From: Methanotrichaceae archaeon
GTDB lineage: Archaea; Halobacteriota; Methanosarcinia; Methanotrichales; Methanotrichaceae
Assembly: GCA_963803145.1 (NCBI GenBank)
Contig: CAWDLW010000026.1
Coordinates: 1 to 64,000, forward strand
Length of the DNA stretch: 64,000 bases
Direction: 5' to 3'
The first letter of the stretch is position 1. Each line of letters begins with the position of its first letter. Below the pieces are notes generated by a model. That model was not told the origin of the DNA. It saw only the letters and a list, made by a program, of their open reading frames with translations, and made no database searches. Of the stretch, positions 1-8,637 are shown in pieces. The translations under genes were made by a program, and so were the position numbers.

Positions 1-39
1 ATCAACAAAGTCTTATAGATATAAATTGAAACTCGAGCT

Positions 40-195
40 ATGCCCTCAAAGAAATTTATGTGCGAGACCTGTGCCCTGAGGAGATATTCGGATAAGCATC
101 CGAGCTCCGTCATCTCCAGGATCTGGCGCTGGCATACAGGCTGGTGTCCCGGCTGGAAGGCTTATCAAAGATCGCTGTCTGGAAATCAGAAGTAA
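40..195 (+). CDS. Small 51-aa Cys/His/Trp-rich protein (CxxC...WRWH..WCPGWKAY)
   Basis: Read manually: MPSKKFMCETCALRRYSDKHPSSVISRIWRWHTGWCPGWKAYQRSLSGNQK*. It is below the ORF-track cutoff, has an AT-rich TATA-like stretch upstream, and the motif resembles small conserved proteins of anaerobes. Confidence 0.65.
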   Translation: MPSKKFMCETCALRRYSDKHPSSVISRIWRWHTGWCPGWKAYQRSLSGNQK

Positions 196-222
196 TATCG
201 AAATAAAATAAAAGGTTTGGGC

Positions 223-1521
223 TTATACAGTTAGAGTATATGCCCATCCGGCATTGAAGTATCTGTAGTCTTGGAACGAGTAACCGCTGCCTTGGATATT
301 TATCGTATGATATTGATCTCCCGGCACAACAATGGATAATGTTCCTGGGGCTTCTCCTGTCGTTCCTTCAGTGGCCATATAGTTGTTATCAACGTATACA
401 CTGTATCCTCTGAGCCAGCTTGAACTCACGGTTAAGGCGGCATAATTATAGATCGGTTGGGGAGGCTGGTAAGCCACGACATCTATCACTACTACATTGC
501 TCGGCTGTCCATTTATGACAAACATCAGGAGATGCTCGCCTACCTGATCTGCATAGAAGCCTATCTGATCATAAGGATAGAAGTAATAGCCTTCCTTGTC
601 CAATGTGCCGTCTGGGTATATCTCATATAGGTATCCATATCCTTCAGAAGGAGTCGTCGCCAGCAATGATAGGCTTGAGCCTTGAGGCACAGCAGCGTAC
701 TGAGTCCAGCTTGATGGGCCCTGTATCCATAAAGAGTTCTGCCCTGTGTACATTGCATAGGATTGGTACTGAGAATACGATACAGCCTTTTGAGATCCAG
801 ATCCTCCGAAGTATAACGTAGTCGGCTCCTGACTCAGCTGATATTGGGTGGGACTGGTCAAAGGCTTGTTTGGAGCTTGAGGCGTTATCTTATAGTACTG
901 AGAGTACTTCAAAACGGCGTTCTGATTCTGATTCTGGCCGGCACTCGGATTAATGATTTGGCCGAGACTTTGTTGGCCCATGCTTTGGTTGAGGTTCATC
1001 TGGTAGACCATAGTCTGCGGCGTTCCTCCTTGCGTCGTAACTTGCCCACTCAGCGGCCTCTCGCTCCAGGAGACCGATTGATTTGTACTGGATGCTGCTC
1101 CTGAAGTTGCCTGGGTAACGCTTGATTGTATCGATCTCTGAGTGACCGTTCCTGGCATCATCGAGCTAAGCATATTGGTAAGCGGAGATGATACTACGAT
1201 GCTCCCCTGCATTGTCGGATGAATGTGGCAATGATATACAAATGTCCCAAGAGACGTGAAGCGATGAGAAAAACTCCCTCCGGGGGCAATGGGGCCTGAA
1301 TCGAATGCGTTTGTGTCGCTGGTCACAGTGTGGTTTACGCTGTCCTGGTTATTCCAAGTCACAGTTGTGCCCGGCGACACGGTGAGAATAAGCGGGTGGA
1401 ATGAATAACCACTAATAGTTACTGTATTTTGAGGTGTCGTCTGCTGGTTGGGCTGACCCTGGACGAGCATACAGAAAAGGATCGCCATGATCAGCGGCAT
1501 AATCAACATATTTCTTTTCAC
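223..1521 (-). CDS. Secreted plastocyanin/azurin-like cupredoxin-domain protein with Gln/Ser linker and C-terminal beta domains
   Basis: Signal peptide; type-1 Cu ligands HTVTSD...YHCHIHPTMQG; GTG start after GAGGT. Confidence 0.85.
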   Translation of the reverse strand: MKRNMLIMPLIMAILFCMLVQGQPNQQTTPQNTVTISGYSFHPLILTVSPGTTVTWNNQDSVNHTVTSDTNAFDSGPIAPGGSFSHRFTSLGTFVYHCHIHPTMQGSIVVSSPLTNMLSSMMPGTVTQRSIQSSVTQATSGAASSTNQSVSWSERPLSGQVTTQGGTPQTMVYQMNLNQSMGQQSLGQIINPSAGQNQNQNAVLKYSQYYKITPQAPNKPLTSPTQYQLSQEPTTLYFGGSGSQKAVSYSQYQSYAMYTGQNSLWIQGPSSWTQYAAVPQGSSLSLLATTPSEGYGYLYEIYPDGTLDKEGYYFYPYDQIGFYADQVGEHLLMFVINGQPSNVVVIDVVAYQPPQPIYNYAALTVSSSWLRGYSVYVDNNYMATEGTTGEAPGTLSIVVPGDQYHTINIQGSGYSFQDYRYFNAGWAYTLTV

Positions 1522-1743
1522 AATCTTACCTCGCTATTCAAATGATATCCTTAAATTTAATCTGGTTCTGCAAAGGATAAATAATTTTCCGACTGTAGGA
1601 TTACCGCTTAATGGACAGATAAAGCTTCAATAACTTCAAATGAGATGGTTATTCAACATGTGCTAAACAAGAAAATGATCAATTATCTTAGTCTTTCTTG
1701 TGCGAGGTTGATTTTCTATGAACAGAGAAATAACATCGAGAGA

Positions 1744-1920
1744 TCAAGTTTCCTCTACCGCTCGATCTAATTTCCCTGTGAGGGCATCTATATATACGGT
1801 CATCCTTTCCATCTGAAAGACGTAATATGCGTTCTTTTCAACAGGGAATGGCGCACGCAGTGTGACAGATCTGACGGGTTCATTGTATCCGGCATCCCTC
1901 AAGGATGCAATTACTTTATA
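1744..1920 (-). pseudogene. 3' remnant of a gene truncated by the adjacent IS
   Basis: Open frame from the IS edge to TGA with no start: YKVIASLRDAGYNEPVRSVTLRAPFPVEKNAYYVFQMERMTVYIDALTGKLDRAVEET*. Confidence 0.5.
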
Positions 1921-3167
1921 CCCCTCTTCGTGACCTACCAGGAAGGTATAGCCTTTTTTCCGATATTTAGAGAATTCGCTAAAGAAACTAACTTTGTAGC
2001 TAAGAAAACTATTGGGACAACCTTTTTTTCGACACTAGGCTGTGTATATTGATGTATTTTGTTCAATCCTAAGGTATTTTTAGCTATATCGAAGAAAACT
2101 TCTATTTCAAGCCTATAATACTTAAAACTCTTCCATTGATAGATTAAATTCTTAAATTCGTTAACAATATGAATCCATTTTTCTAATTTATATTTATTGT
2201 GAGAAAATGCATCTAAAGGCGGATTAAGTTCGTAAATTATTTGATCTAAATTGGTGTTATTCCTTGGATAAATAATCGGAATCAAGTAAAATTGATTGAT
2301 TAACGCATGATAATTCTTTTTTGACGTAAAGCCTTTATCACAGATGATTAAATCGCCTGAATGTATTTTTCTTGAATTGAAAAGCCTTTCTACAAAAGGA
2401 ATAAGTGTTTTTGAATCATTAGGACAATCTTTATGAATTTCAAATCCAATAAGATTATCATCAAGATCTATAGCCAAAATTAACTTAAATCCTACGAAAT
2501 AGCCTATGGAAGGGTAATAAGACCATTTATATTTTTTATTCTTCTTACCTATTTTATCCTTGTTTCTCCAAATATTAAGGTCAATTACGATTGGAGAGGT
2601 ATCAATAATTATAGTTCTTTGCTTTTTATCTCTTTTACGGCGTTCAGACTGGAATGTTTTGCTAAAAAAATGGAACAATGAGTCATAACTTAAATCAAAC
2701 AGAGATTTATAGACTTTTTGCGCATTTATCGTTGAATCAATATCCAATAGCTTTTGTAACTCTAAATTCATATTTATTTCTGAAATTATAGAGGAAATAT
2801 CTCTTTCAAACAAGCTTGATAGGACTATAATTTTTATTGCTAATACGAAATTATCTATATCATATATTTTTAACTTGGATGCAATTTTCCTAGATCGCTG
2901 AGATCCGATAATTTCAAGTATTTTGAGCACTATTATCCATTTTGGGTGCTTATAATTAGGAATCAGAGGAGATAACATCAATAATACCTTCCTTTGGTGG
3001 TGCAACCTAGTTATAAGCGCCCAAATTACTTAAAATTAACTATTGAAAGTTTAATTCCAGATCAAATCAAGACCCATAATTTGTTTTCTAATCAAAGTTA
3101 AAATATCTAAGTAAATTTAAATTAAATTGATAGAATTAGTTTGTTTTAAAGAGAGTTTGAAGAGGGG
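1921..3167 (-). mobile_element. Insertion sequence, DDE type (IS4/IS5-like superfamily)
   Basis: AT-rich block bounded by inverted ends CCCCTCTTC (1921) / GAAGAGGGG (3167), flanked by TA; single transposase ORF. Confidence 0.8.
1935..2978 (-). CDS. DDE transposase
   Basis: Motifs IIIDTS, GFKL, ICDKGF, YRLEIEVFF; Lys-rich, low GC. Confidence 0.85.
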   Translation of the reverse strand: MLSPLIPNYKHPKWIIVLKILEIIGSQRSRKIASKLKIYDIDNFVLAIKIIVLSSLFERDISSIISEINMNLELQKLLDIDSTINAQKVYKSLFDLSYDSLFHFFSKTFQSERRKRDKKQRTIIIDTSPIVIDLNIWRNKDKIGKKNKKYKWSYYPSIGYFVGFKLILAIDLDDNLIGFEIHKDCPNDSKTLIPFVERLFNSRKIHSGDLIICDKGFTSKKNYHALINQFYLIPIIYPRNNTNLDQIIYELNPPLDAFSHNKYKLEKWIHIVNEFKNLIYQWKSFKYYRLEIEVFFDIAKNTLGLNKIHQYTQPSVEKKVVPIVFLATKLVSLANSLNIGKKAIPSW

Positions 3168-3600
3168 TAACAACGGATATATCGCAGATGCGACCAGGAT
3201 ATTCTCCATTGGCAAGCTTTCACCAAAGCTGGAGGATGCCTATAATGCTGCTCTGGAAATTGAAATGACCCTGGCAAAGGAGCTTCGCCCCAAGAAGAAT
3301 GGGAGAGACCTCTTCGATCTATCTGAGTCTGAAGGTGCAAGGCTCGGCTACCAGGATTGTCTGGGTGGCCCAGTCGGGAATAAATGCGGATTCGTTGGCC
3401 ACGGAGTTGGTCTAGAGCTTGATGAATACCCGGTGCTGGGTCCTCTAGACCACATGATACAAGAGAATATGACCATCGCAATAGAGCCGAAAATGATCTA
3501 TCCCGGCGTAGGCGTTGTAGGGGTCGAGGATACGTTCTTGACTGCAGCAAATGGGGCGCTGAGGCTGAATAAGCTGCCGCAGGAGATATGGTATGTTTAA
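3168..3600 (+). pseudogene. 5'-truncated Xaa-Pro aminopeptidase (M24 family)
   Basis: GYIADATR, GHGVGLELDE, IAIEP and GVEDT motifs; the N-terminal part is missing at the IS edge. Confidence 0.85.
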
Positions 3601-3803
3601 TTCTTCTCTCTGTTATCTTTAATATGCCTTTTCCAAGATAATGTCTCTAACTAACTCACCTATTCAGCAATGAGCAATATGGTCCACGGTCGCTTGTCGT
3701 TTGACTACAAATGTGCACCATGCAGGCGGAACCCGTGGATTCAAATATTCTAATTGATCAGCCTTAAAACAAGAATTTACAACATAACATTCGTAAGCGG
3801 CAA

Positions 3804-3833
3804 TTGATAGGTGTTCTTTCGAACGCCTATCAA
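3804..3833. terminator. Hairpin between convergent genes
   Basis: TTGATAGGTGTTC-tttc-GAACGCCTATCAA. Confidence 0.6.
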
Positions 3834-3837
3834 GATT

Positions 3838-4851
3838 TTAGTAAATGAGCGCCGAGTTAGACAAATCGTTCTGCGATGCCGTTCCCGTCATCTCCATTTC
3901 CCCTAGCGTAAACTCATACGTCCAATTGGTATACCCACTGTTCTTCGAAGAAGCATGTACTTTAGTACTGCCATATATTCCTGCTAGGAAGATACTGCCT
4001 GCGCCGTTTGAGTTGATGTTGCTCGAACTCGAATCAGCATAAGCAGTAATTGAGTTCGGCGATGGAGTTTGCGGCACTGTGAATTCACAATTATTATCTT
4101 TTGTAACCCCACCCGTATTTAATATTCCTAACTGCGTCAGATACTGTACATTTGTTTGGCCATGGCCATTTCCGGATTCAGAATAAGCAACTACATAATG
4201 AGGATTATTGATTGTATTCTTATTATCCTCTGGAGTAACTCGGGAGATTCCAACAACATCCATACTGGCAGATGCAGACGATTGATCGAGACTTGCTATT
4301 TGAGAGGCTTCCATCCAGGATGCAGGCACTGCCGATACTACAACCCTAGCGAGATTTCCACTCGCGCCAGTGGCCATGGAATCTATTGATGCTGATCCCG
4401 ATTCGAGGTCCATTCCGGTAAATGATTGAGCACTGGCACCGGTAGATTTGACTGAAGCATGCTGGTTATTTGCATTTGTGGTGCCCAAATAGCTCATACC
4501 TATCGTTCCAACACCATCAATCGAAGCAACGCTTTCTGCTCCAACTCCATCGATGGCTCCAGTATTCGTAGCAAATGTTCCTGACTCACAGTGCCCGCCA
4601 GTGGTAGAGGCAGAATCATCTATATTAGTATCAGCAGTGCTGTCGTCAGCAGAGGCAGAGATAACACCATCTAGACTACCATCTTCTGTGTATCCCCATG
4701 CGAGCGCATTCCCCTGAGAAGTGCTGGCCTGTGCCCTATAATAGCCTATATTATCGGTTTGGGTGCCAGTATCGGTCGAAATGCTAAGGGCTAAAACGTT
4801 CGGGATAAGCACAGCCAGAAGAATGGACAGACCCACAAGTGCTAGCCTCGT
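3838..4851 (-). CDS. Secreted Ser/Thr/Ala/Gly-rich protein; probable start is ACG at 4851
   Basis: SD GGAGGT precedes ACG, then signal peptide RLALVGLSILLAVLIPNVLA; composition resembles the upstream neighbour. Confidence 0.7.
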   Translation of the reverse strand, partial: TRLALVGLSILLAVLIPNVLALSISTDTGTQTDNIGYYRAQASTSQGNALAWGYTEDGSLDGVISASADDSTADTNIDDSASTTGGHCESGTFATNTGAIDGVGAESVASIDGVGTIGMSYLGTTNANNQHASVKSTGASAQSFTGMDLESGSASIDSMATGASGNLARVVVSAVPASWMEASQIASLDQSSASASMDVVGISRVTPEDNKNTINNPHYVVAYSESGNGHGQTNVQYLTQLGILNTGGVTKDNNCEFTVPQTPSPNSITAYADSSSSNINSNGAGSIFLAGIYGSTKVHASSKNSGYTNWTYEFTLGEMEMTGTASQNDLSNSALIY

Positions 4852-4933
4852 TTTACTACCTCCTTTGTTCCCTTGCCCCTCTATGGATGAATATACCATC
4901 TTGTTTATAAAGTTAATCAAAAAGAGAAATGCA

Positions 4934-4961
4934 TATAGGCGCTTCACTTCAAACGCCTATA
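4934..4961. terminator. Hairpin downstream of the 4987-6171 gene
   Basis: TATAGGCG-N12-CGCCTATA; same stem core as the 3804-3833 hairpin. Confidence 0.5.
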
Positions 4962-4986
4962 CGATTTCTAATCTGCAAGTCGCTAG

Positions 4987-6171
4987 TTAACTGGGCATAG
5001 GAAGATGGATACTATCCAAGCCATCAATATTTGCGAAACCAAATCCTTCTCCTTTGACGATATCAGTATCCTGGAGTGCGAAGGAACTTGTTCCAAGAGA
5101 TCCGCTGGATGCTCCCATCTCAAGACCCGTGAAGCCAGTGATGTCGTTCTTCACATAGGTACTAACGCTTGCATAGTCTCCAGCTAGCAGAGGAACTGTC
5201 ACTAAAGTCCTCCCTTGTTTATATGTGGCCTCATAATTTCCATAAACGAAGGATCCCGTACTCACGGATGGATCCCACGAGCCTACTGGAGTTCCATGTC
5301 TATACACTACGCCAGAGATTCCATCCAAGTCTGTTGATGTGCCTGCCGCCTGGAATATTGAGCTATCATACGATTTGTGTGTGCCTGGAATATAGCTTGT
5401 ACCTGGAACATATCCACTAGCTGCATGATCATCAGCTACAGGCTGACTGCCCATGTACCCATTCTCCACATAGGCAGCTGTGCTGGTATATCCGTAGGCA
5501 TCTGCCGAATGAGCTATTGCTGTAGCTGAGGCTGTATAATCAGCATCATTGGTGAAAGCATCTGCATCAACAGATTGAGCTGCAATTGAACCGCCATAAA
5601 TATCTCCAGTATCTTCAGTATTTCTACCGCCAATATTTGTTCCTGCAGTGGCATCTTGGTCTGCTACTAGGTATCCAAACCCAACTGGTGCAGGCTGATC
5701 TATCGATGCTGAAACTTCTGACTGCCCCTTTACTCCAAAGCGATCTGTGCTGGCACCTGTCACTGTCTTAGCAGAGCCCTGTCCCTTGAGTTGTATTTCA
5801 GTATCTTGCGACGATACTGCGCTATTGCTCTTAGCTGATGCGCTTTGATCATTAGCCACAGTTCCAGTTCCTGTCAGCTCAGCATCCGAATAGGCAGTAT
5901 CTCCCCATTGGTTGGTTGCTGATACGCCCGCTCCAGCATCGCCATTGAAACAAGTTATATCGCCCGAAAGTGTTGGACTATAATCATATATACCACTGAG
6001 GCTCTCATCTAGAGTTCCACTTGTCGTATAAGCGTATGCATTAGCTGAATTGCCCAAAGCATCTCCAACGGTTATTGACCAATCCTTACCCAAAGAAGTG
6101 CCGGACAATGCTGCAGCATTGGATACTAATGCTGCCACCAGAATTGCCATTACTAATAGTAATTTATTCAT
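4987..6171 (-). CDS. Secreted Ala/Ser/Thr/Gly-rich beta-strand protein
   Basis: Signal peptide MNKLLLVMAILVAALVSNAAA; SD GGAGGGAGG. Confidence 0.8.
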   Translation of the reverse strand: MNKLLLVMAILVAALVSNAAALSGTSLGKDWSITVGDALGNSANAYAYTTSGTLDESLSGIYDYSPTLSGDITCFNGDAGAGVSATNQWGDTAYSDAELTGTGTVANDQSASAKSNSAVSSQDTEIQLKGQGSAKTVTGASTDRFGVKGQSEVSASIDQPAPVGFGYLVADQDATAGTNIGGRNTEDTGDIYGGSIAAQSVDADAFTNDADYTASATAIAHSADAYGYTSTAAYVENGYMGSQPVADDHAASGYVPGTSYIPGTHKSYDSSIFQAAGTSTDLDGISGVVYRHGTPVGSWDPSVSTGSFVYGNYEATYKQGRTLVTVPLLAGDYASVSTYVKNDITGFTGLEMGASSGSLGTSSFALQDTDIVKGEGFGFANIDGLDSIHLPMPS

Positions 6172-6625
6172 TCATCCTCCCTCCTTTTTTATTAAACTTC
6201 GAGAAGTTTAATCAAGCTTAATAAACTTTGTCATTTTGTTAATAATATACCAAATTTTAAAACAAATTAAATCAGATCAATTAACTATATAACTTAAAGA
6301 AAAATAATCTGTGTTTCAAAAGGACTCGGCAGTTGCAATAATAGCAGTATGCATCATAATAAATGATTAAAATTAACTTAAATGCGATATAAAAAAACTA
6401 AAGTTGTGAATGGGTAGAAGGCAAAAAAATTTGTATATTCTGAGTCGTGCTTCGCGAACGATATAAGATGCATCAAACAATTACGTTACTAAGCTAGATT
6501 GCTTCGCCGATCAAGTTAATATCGCCTATTTTGCTCAACTTATTTTTCCATTTATGAAGCTGCCCCACATAAGGAGTTAACGAGCCCATCTATCTCGAAC
6601 AATTTGGCCACAAATTGTTTACTTG

Positions 6626-7576
6626 TTATTCATTGGTATTCTTATTTTTAATATTATAGCAAGAGCAATCGAAGATGTTGCTTAAATTGCCGAATCCAAC
6701 CCTGGAGGAATAAGGCATAGTATCCCAGCCTCCGGTGCAGCATGGCAACCATTCATCCTCTGGATGCACATCTTTCCCCACATTTTTCATTCCTATTACT
6801 TCAGTAAAGTTATATTTGCCATAATATCTCTCTTCTCCGGCATTTACTATCTCATATCCTGATCTGGGACCTGTAATAAATTTGCTCCCTGACTGCTGAT
6901 AACGGATATCCGATAGTCCAGTTGCCTTTACTCGAATCCTGAAATCAGTACTTCTGGTAGCTTCAACATTGGCTTGCTCAATTCCATTATCTGTAGCTAA
7001 GATAGTGGCATTAAGCCTGCTTAAACTCAATATGATTGTTGAATCTTTTATGAAATCTTTGTTATATAAAAAATTGCCTCCCGCAAAATCAAGGTTATTT
7101 CCAGAGAACTCCTCAGTGTTGAATCGTTCTCCAGAGTAAGCAATGCTTTTACGCTGGACGATCCCAACAGGCCAATTTTCCTGATAAGTAACTGTGTACT
7201 CATTGCTATCGGCAGGTTTGGTTGTATCCATGGATACTAATCCATCATTCCTGGCTCTAACTCTTGTGAGTTCATCCGTTTTATATGTTCCTTGGCTGGC
7301 AGAAATTTTTTCACAAAGCCTTACATCATTAATATCTATGTTGGAATATGAGGAAAAATAAGAGCCTAGCTTCATATTATTCGGTCCATCAACCGGTGTG
7401 ACCTTTCCTGATATATGCTGGTCGTAGTCAAAGCTTATATTTTCACTATAACGATAGATGCCCCAGGATGTTGAGTTGGTTGTCACACCACCACCCCAGA
7501 ATGCCGCTGATCCAAACCCTACGACTATTGTCGCTATGGCGGTCAACAGCACTATCAGTAGTATCTCATATCTCAT
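6626..7576 (-). CDS. Secreted hypothetical protein with C-terminal Cys motif (WLPCC...DCSC)
   Basis: Signal peptide, 316-aa ORF, 8 bp downstream of the preceding gene. Confidence 0.8.
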   Translation of the reverse strand: MRYEILLIVLLTAIATIVVGFGSAAFWGGGVTTNSTSWGIYRYSENISFDYDQHISGKVTPVDGPNNMKLGSYFSSYSNIDINDVRLCEKISASQGTYKTDELTRVRARNDGLVSMDTTKPADSNEYTVTYQENWPVGIVQRKSIAYSGERFNTEEFSGNNLDFAGGNFLYNKDFIKDSTIILSLSRLNATILATDNGIEQANVEATRSTDFRIRVKATGLSDIRYQQSGSKFITGPRSGYEIVNAGEERYYGKYNFTEVIGMKNVGKDVHPEDEWLPCCTGGWDTMPYSSRVGFGNLSNIFDCSCYNIKNKNTNE

Positions 7577-7584
7577 AGACGGCT

Positions 7585-8400
7585 TTAAGCCTCGATTTTT
7601 ACCCCATCATCATACATCCATACCTTTGGCCATGCCTCCAGCGTTCCTGAAGTAGTATCGGCGTAGATCGAGGCGTAAGGTCCGTTTTCATTAACTGCAG
7701 CGATAAACATCGTCGTGGGTCCAAGTCCCTTCACGTGCCAGGCAAACACTTCATCGCCAGTTATATCCGCTGGTTCAGACGCCAGTACTCCATTTTCATT
7801 CGTCGTCTTAATGATAATAAGCCCATGATTAACTTGTATTTTCTTTCCAAGATCTATGGGTTCCCCTGGCGGAGGAGGAGTTATCTGAGTAGTATCAACT
7901 ACATTCATAGAGACTGCTCCAGAAGCAGCCGATGTACTTCCAGAATAATCTAAACTACCCGAGGAGAGACTATCTCCGCTTTGCTTGGTGACGCCGCTAG
8001 AAGTTACACTCTGATCCATAGCTACATTTTTCCCATTCGCACTAACGTCCTGCGTCGATGTAAAAGAGTCAGGGACATAGGTTCCCGAATTTGCTACGGT
8101 AAAATCAGCATCTTCTCCCTGGATATTTGTATTAGTATCAATCTCATTACTTCCAGAAAATGCATCTGTATAGTTAAGGTAACCGTGACCGAAGATCCCT
8201 GTATCATCATTTATCCAGGCATTTTTGGGGGACGCTGTTGCACTATCAGAAAAACTTATCCCGCCGCTTGCAATAATTGAATTATGATGTGATACCGAAC
8301 GATCTCCATTACCAACCGAGAATTGAGTACTAATTGAGATAGCACATTGAGATAAAATATAGAATGATAAAATAGCTATTAGATAGAATTTTGCCGACGT
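7585..8400 (-). CDS. Secreted hypothetical protein, 271 aa, with ACG at the start-codon position
   Basis: The frame is open 127 codons upstream of the track's ATG (8019). GGAGGGAGGGAA-ACG is followed by signal peptide SAKFYLIAILSFYILSQCAIS. There is no in-frame ATG/GTG/TTG before the upstream TAA. Confidence 0.7.
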   Translation of the reverse strand, partial: TSAKFYLIAILSFYILSQCAISISTQFSVGNGDRSVSHHNSIIASGGISFSDSATASPKNAWINDDTGIFGHGYLNYTDAFSGSNEIDTNTNIQGEDADFTVANSGTYVPDSFTSTQDVSANGKNVAMDQSVTSSGVTKQSGDSLSSGSLDYSGSTSAASGAVSMNVVDTTQITPPPPGEPIDLGKKIQVNHGLIIIKTTNENGVLASEPADITGDEVFAWHVKGLGPTTMFIAAVNENGPYASIYADTTSGTLEAWPKVWMYDDGVKIEA

Positions 8401-8637
8401 TTCCCTCCCTCCATGTGCGACAACTTTTGAGTGATGACGTCCTTAGAAATAAATCTTTCGTTCAGTTTTAAATATATGAAATCCTGAAAATAGTTTACGC
8501 ATCGGCTAATTTAATGCAATTTGAATTATCTATTCTCGGAAAGTCCGCTTATATGTCCTATTTTTAGTAGTGATCTGACTTTTTGAAAAAGGTGGAGATA
8601 CTTGTGGTGGCACAGATTGCAGATAAGTTATAAAAAA

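Noticed and set aside
3127-3167. Track start MIELVCFKESLKRG of the peptidase ORF
   Set aside because: Lies inside the IS end; not peptidase sequence
4852-4947. Track N-terminal extension MKRLYAF...
   Set aside because: Runs through the upstream hairpin, TATA box and SD; the signal peptide starts at 4851
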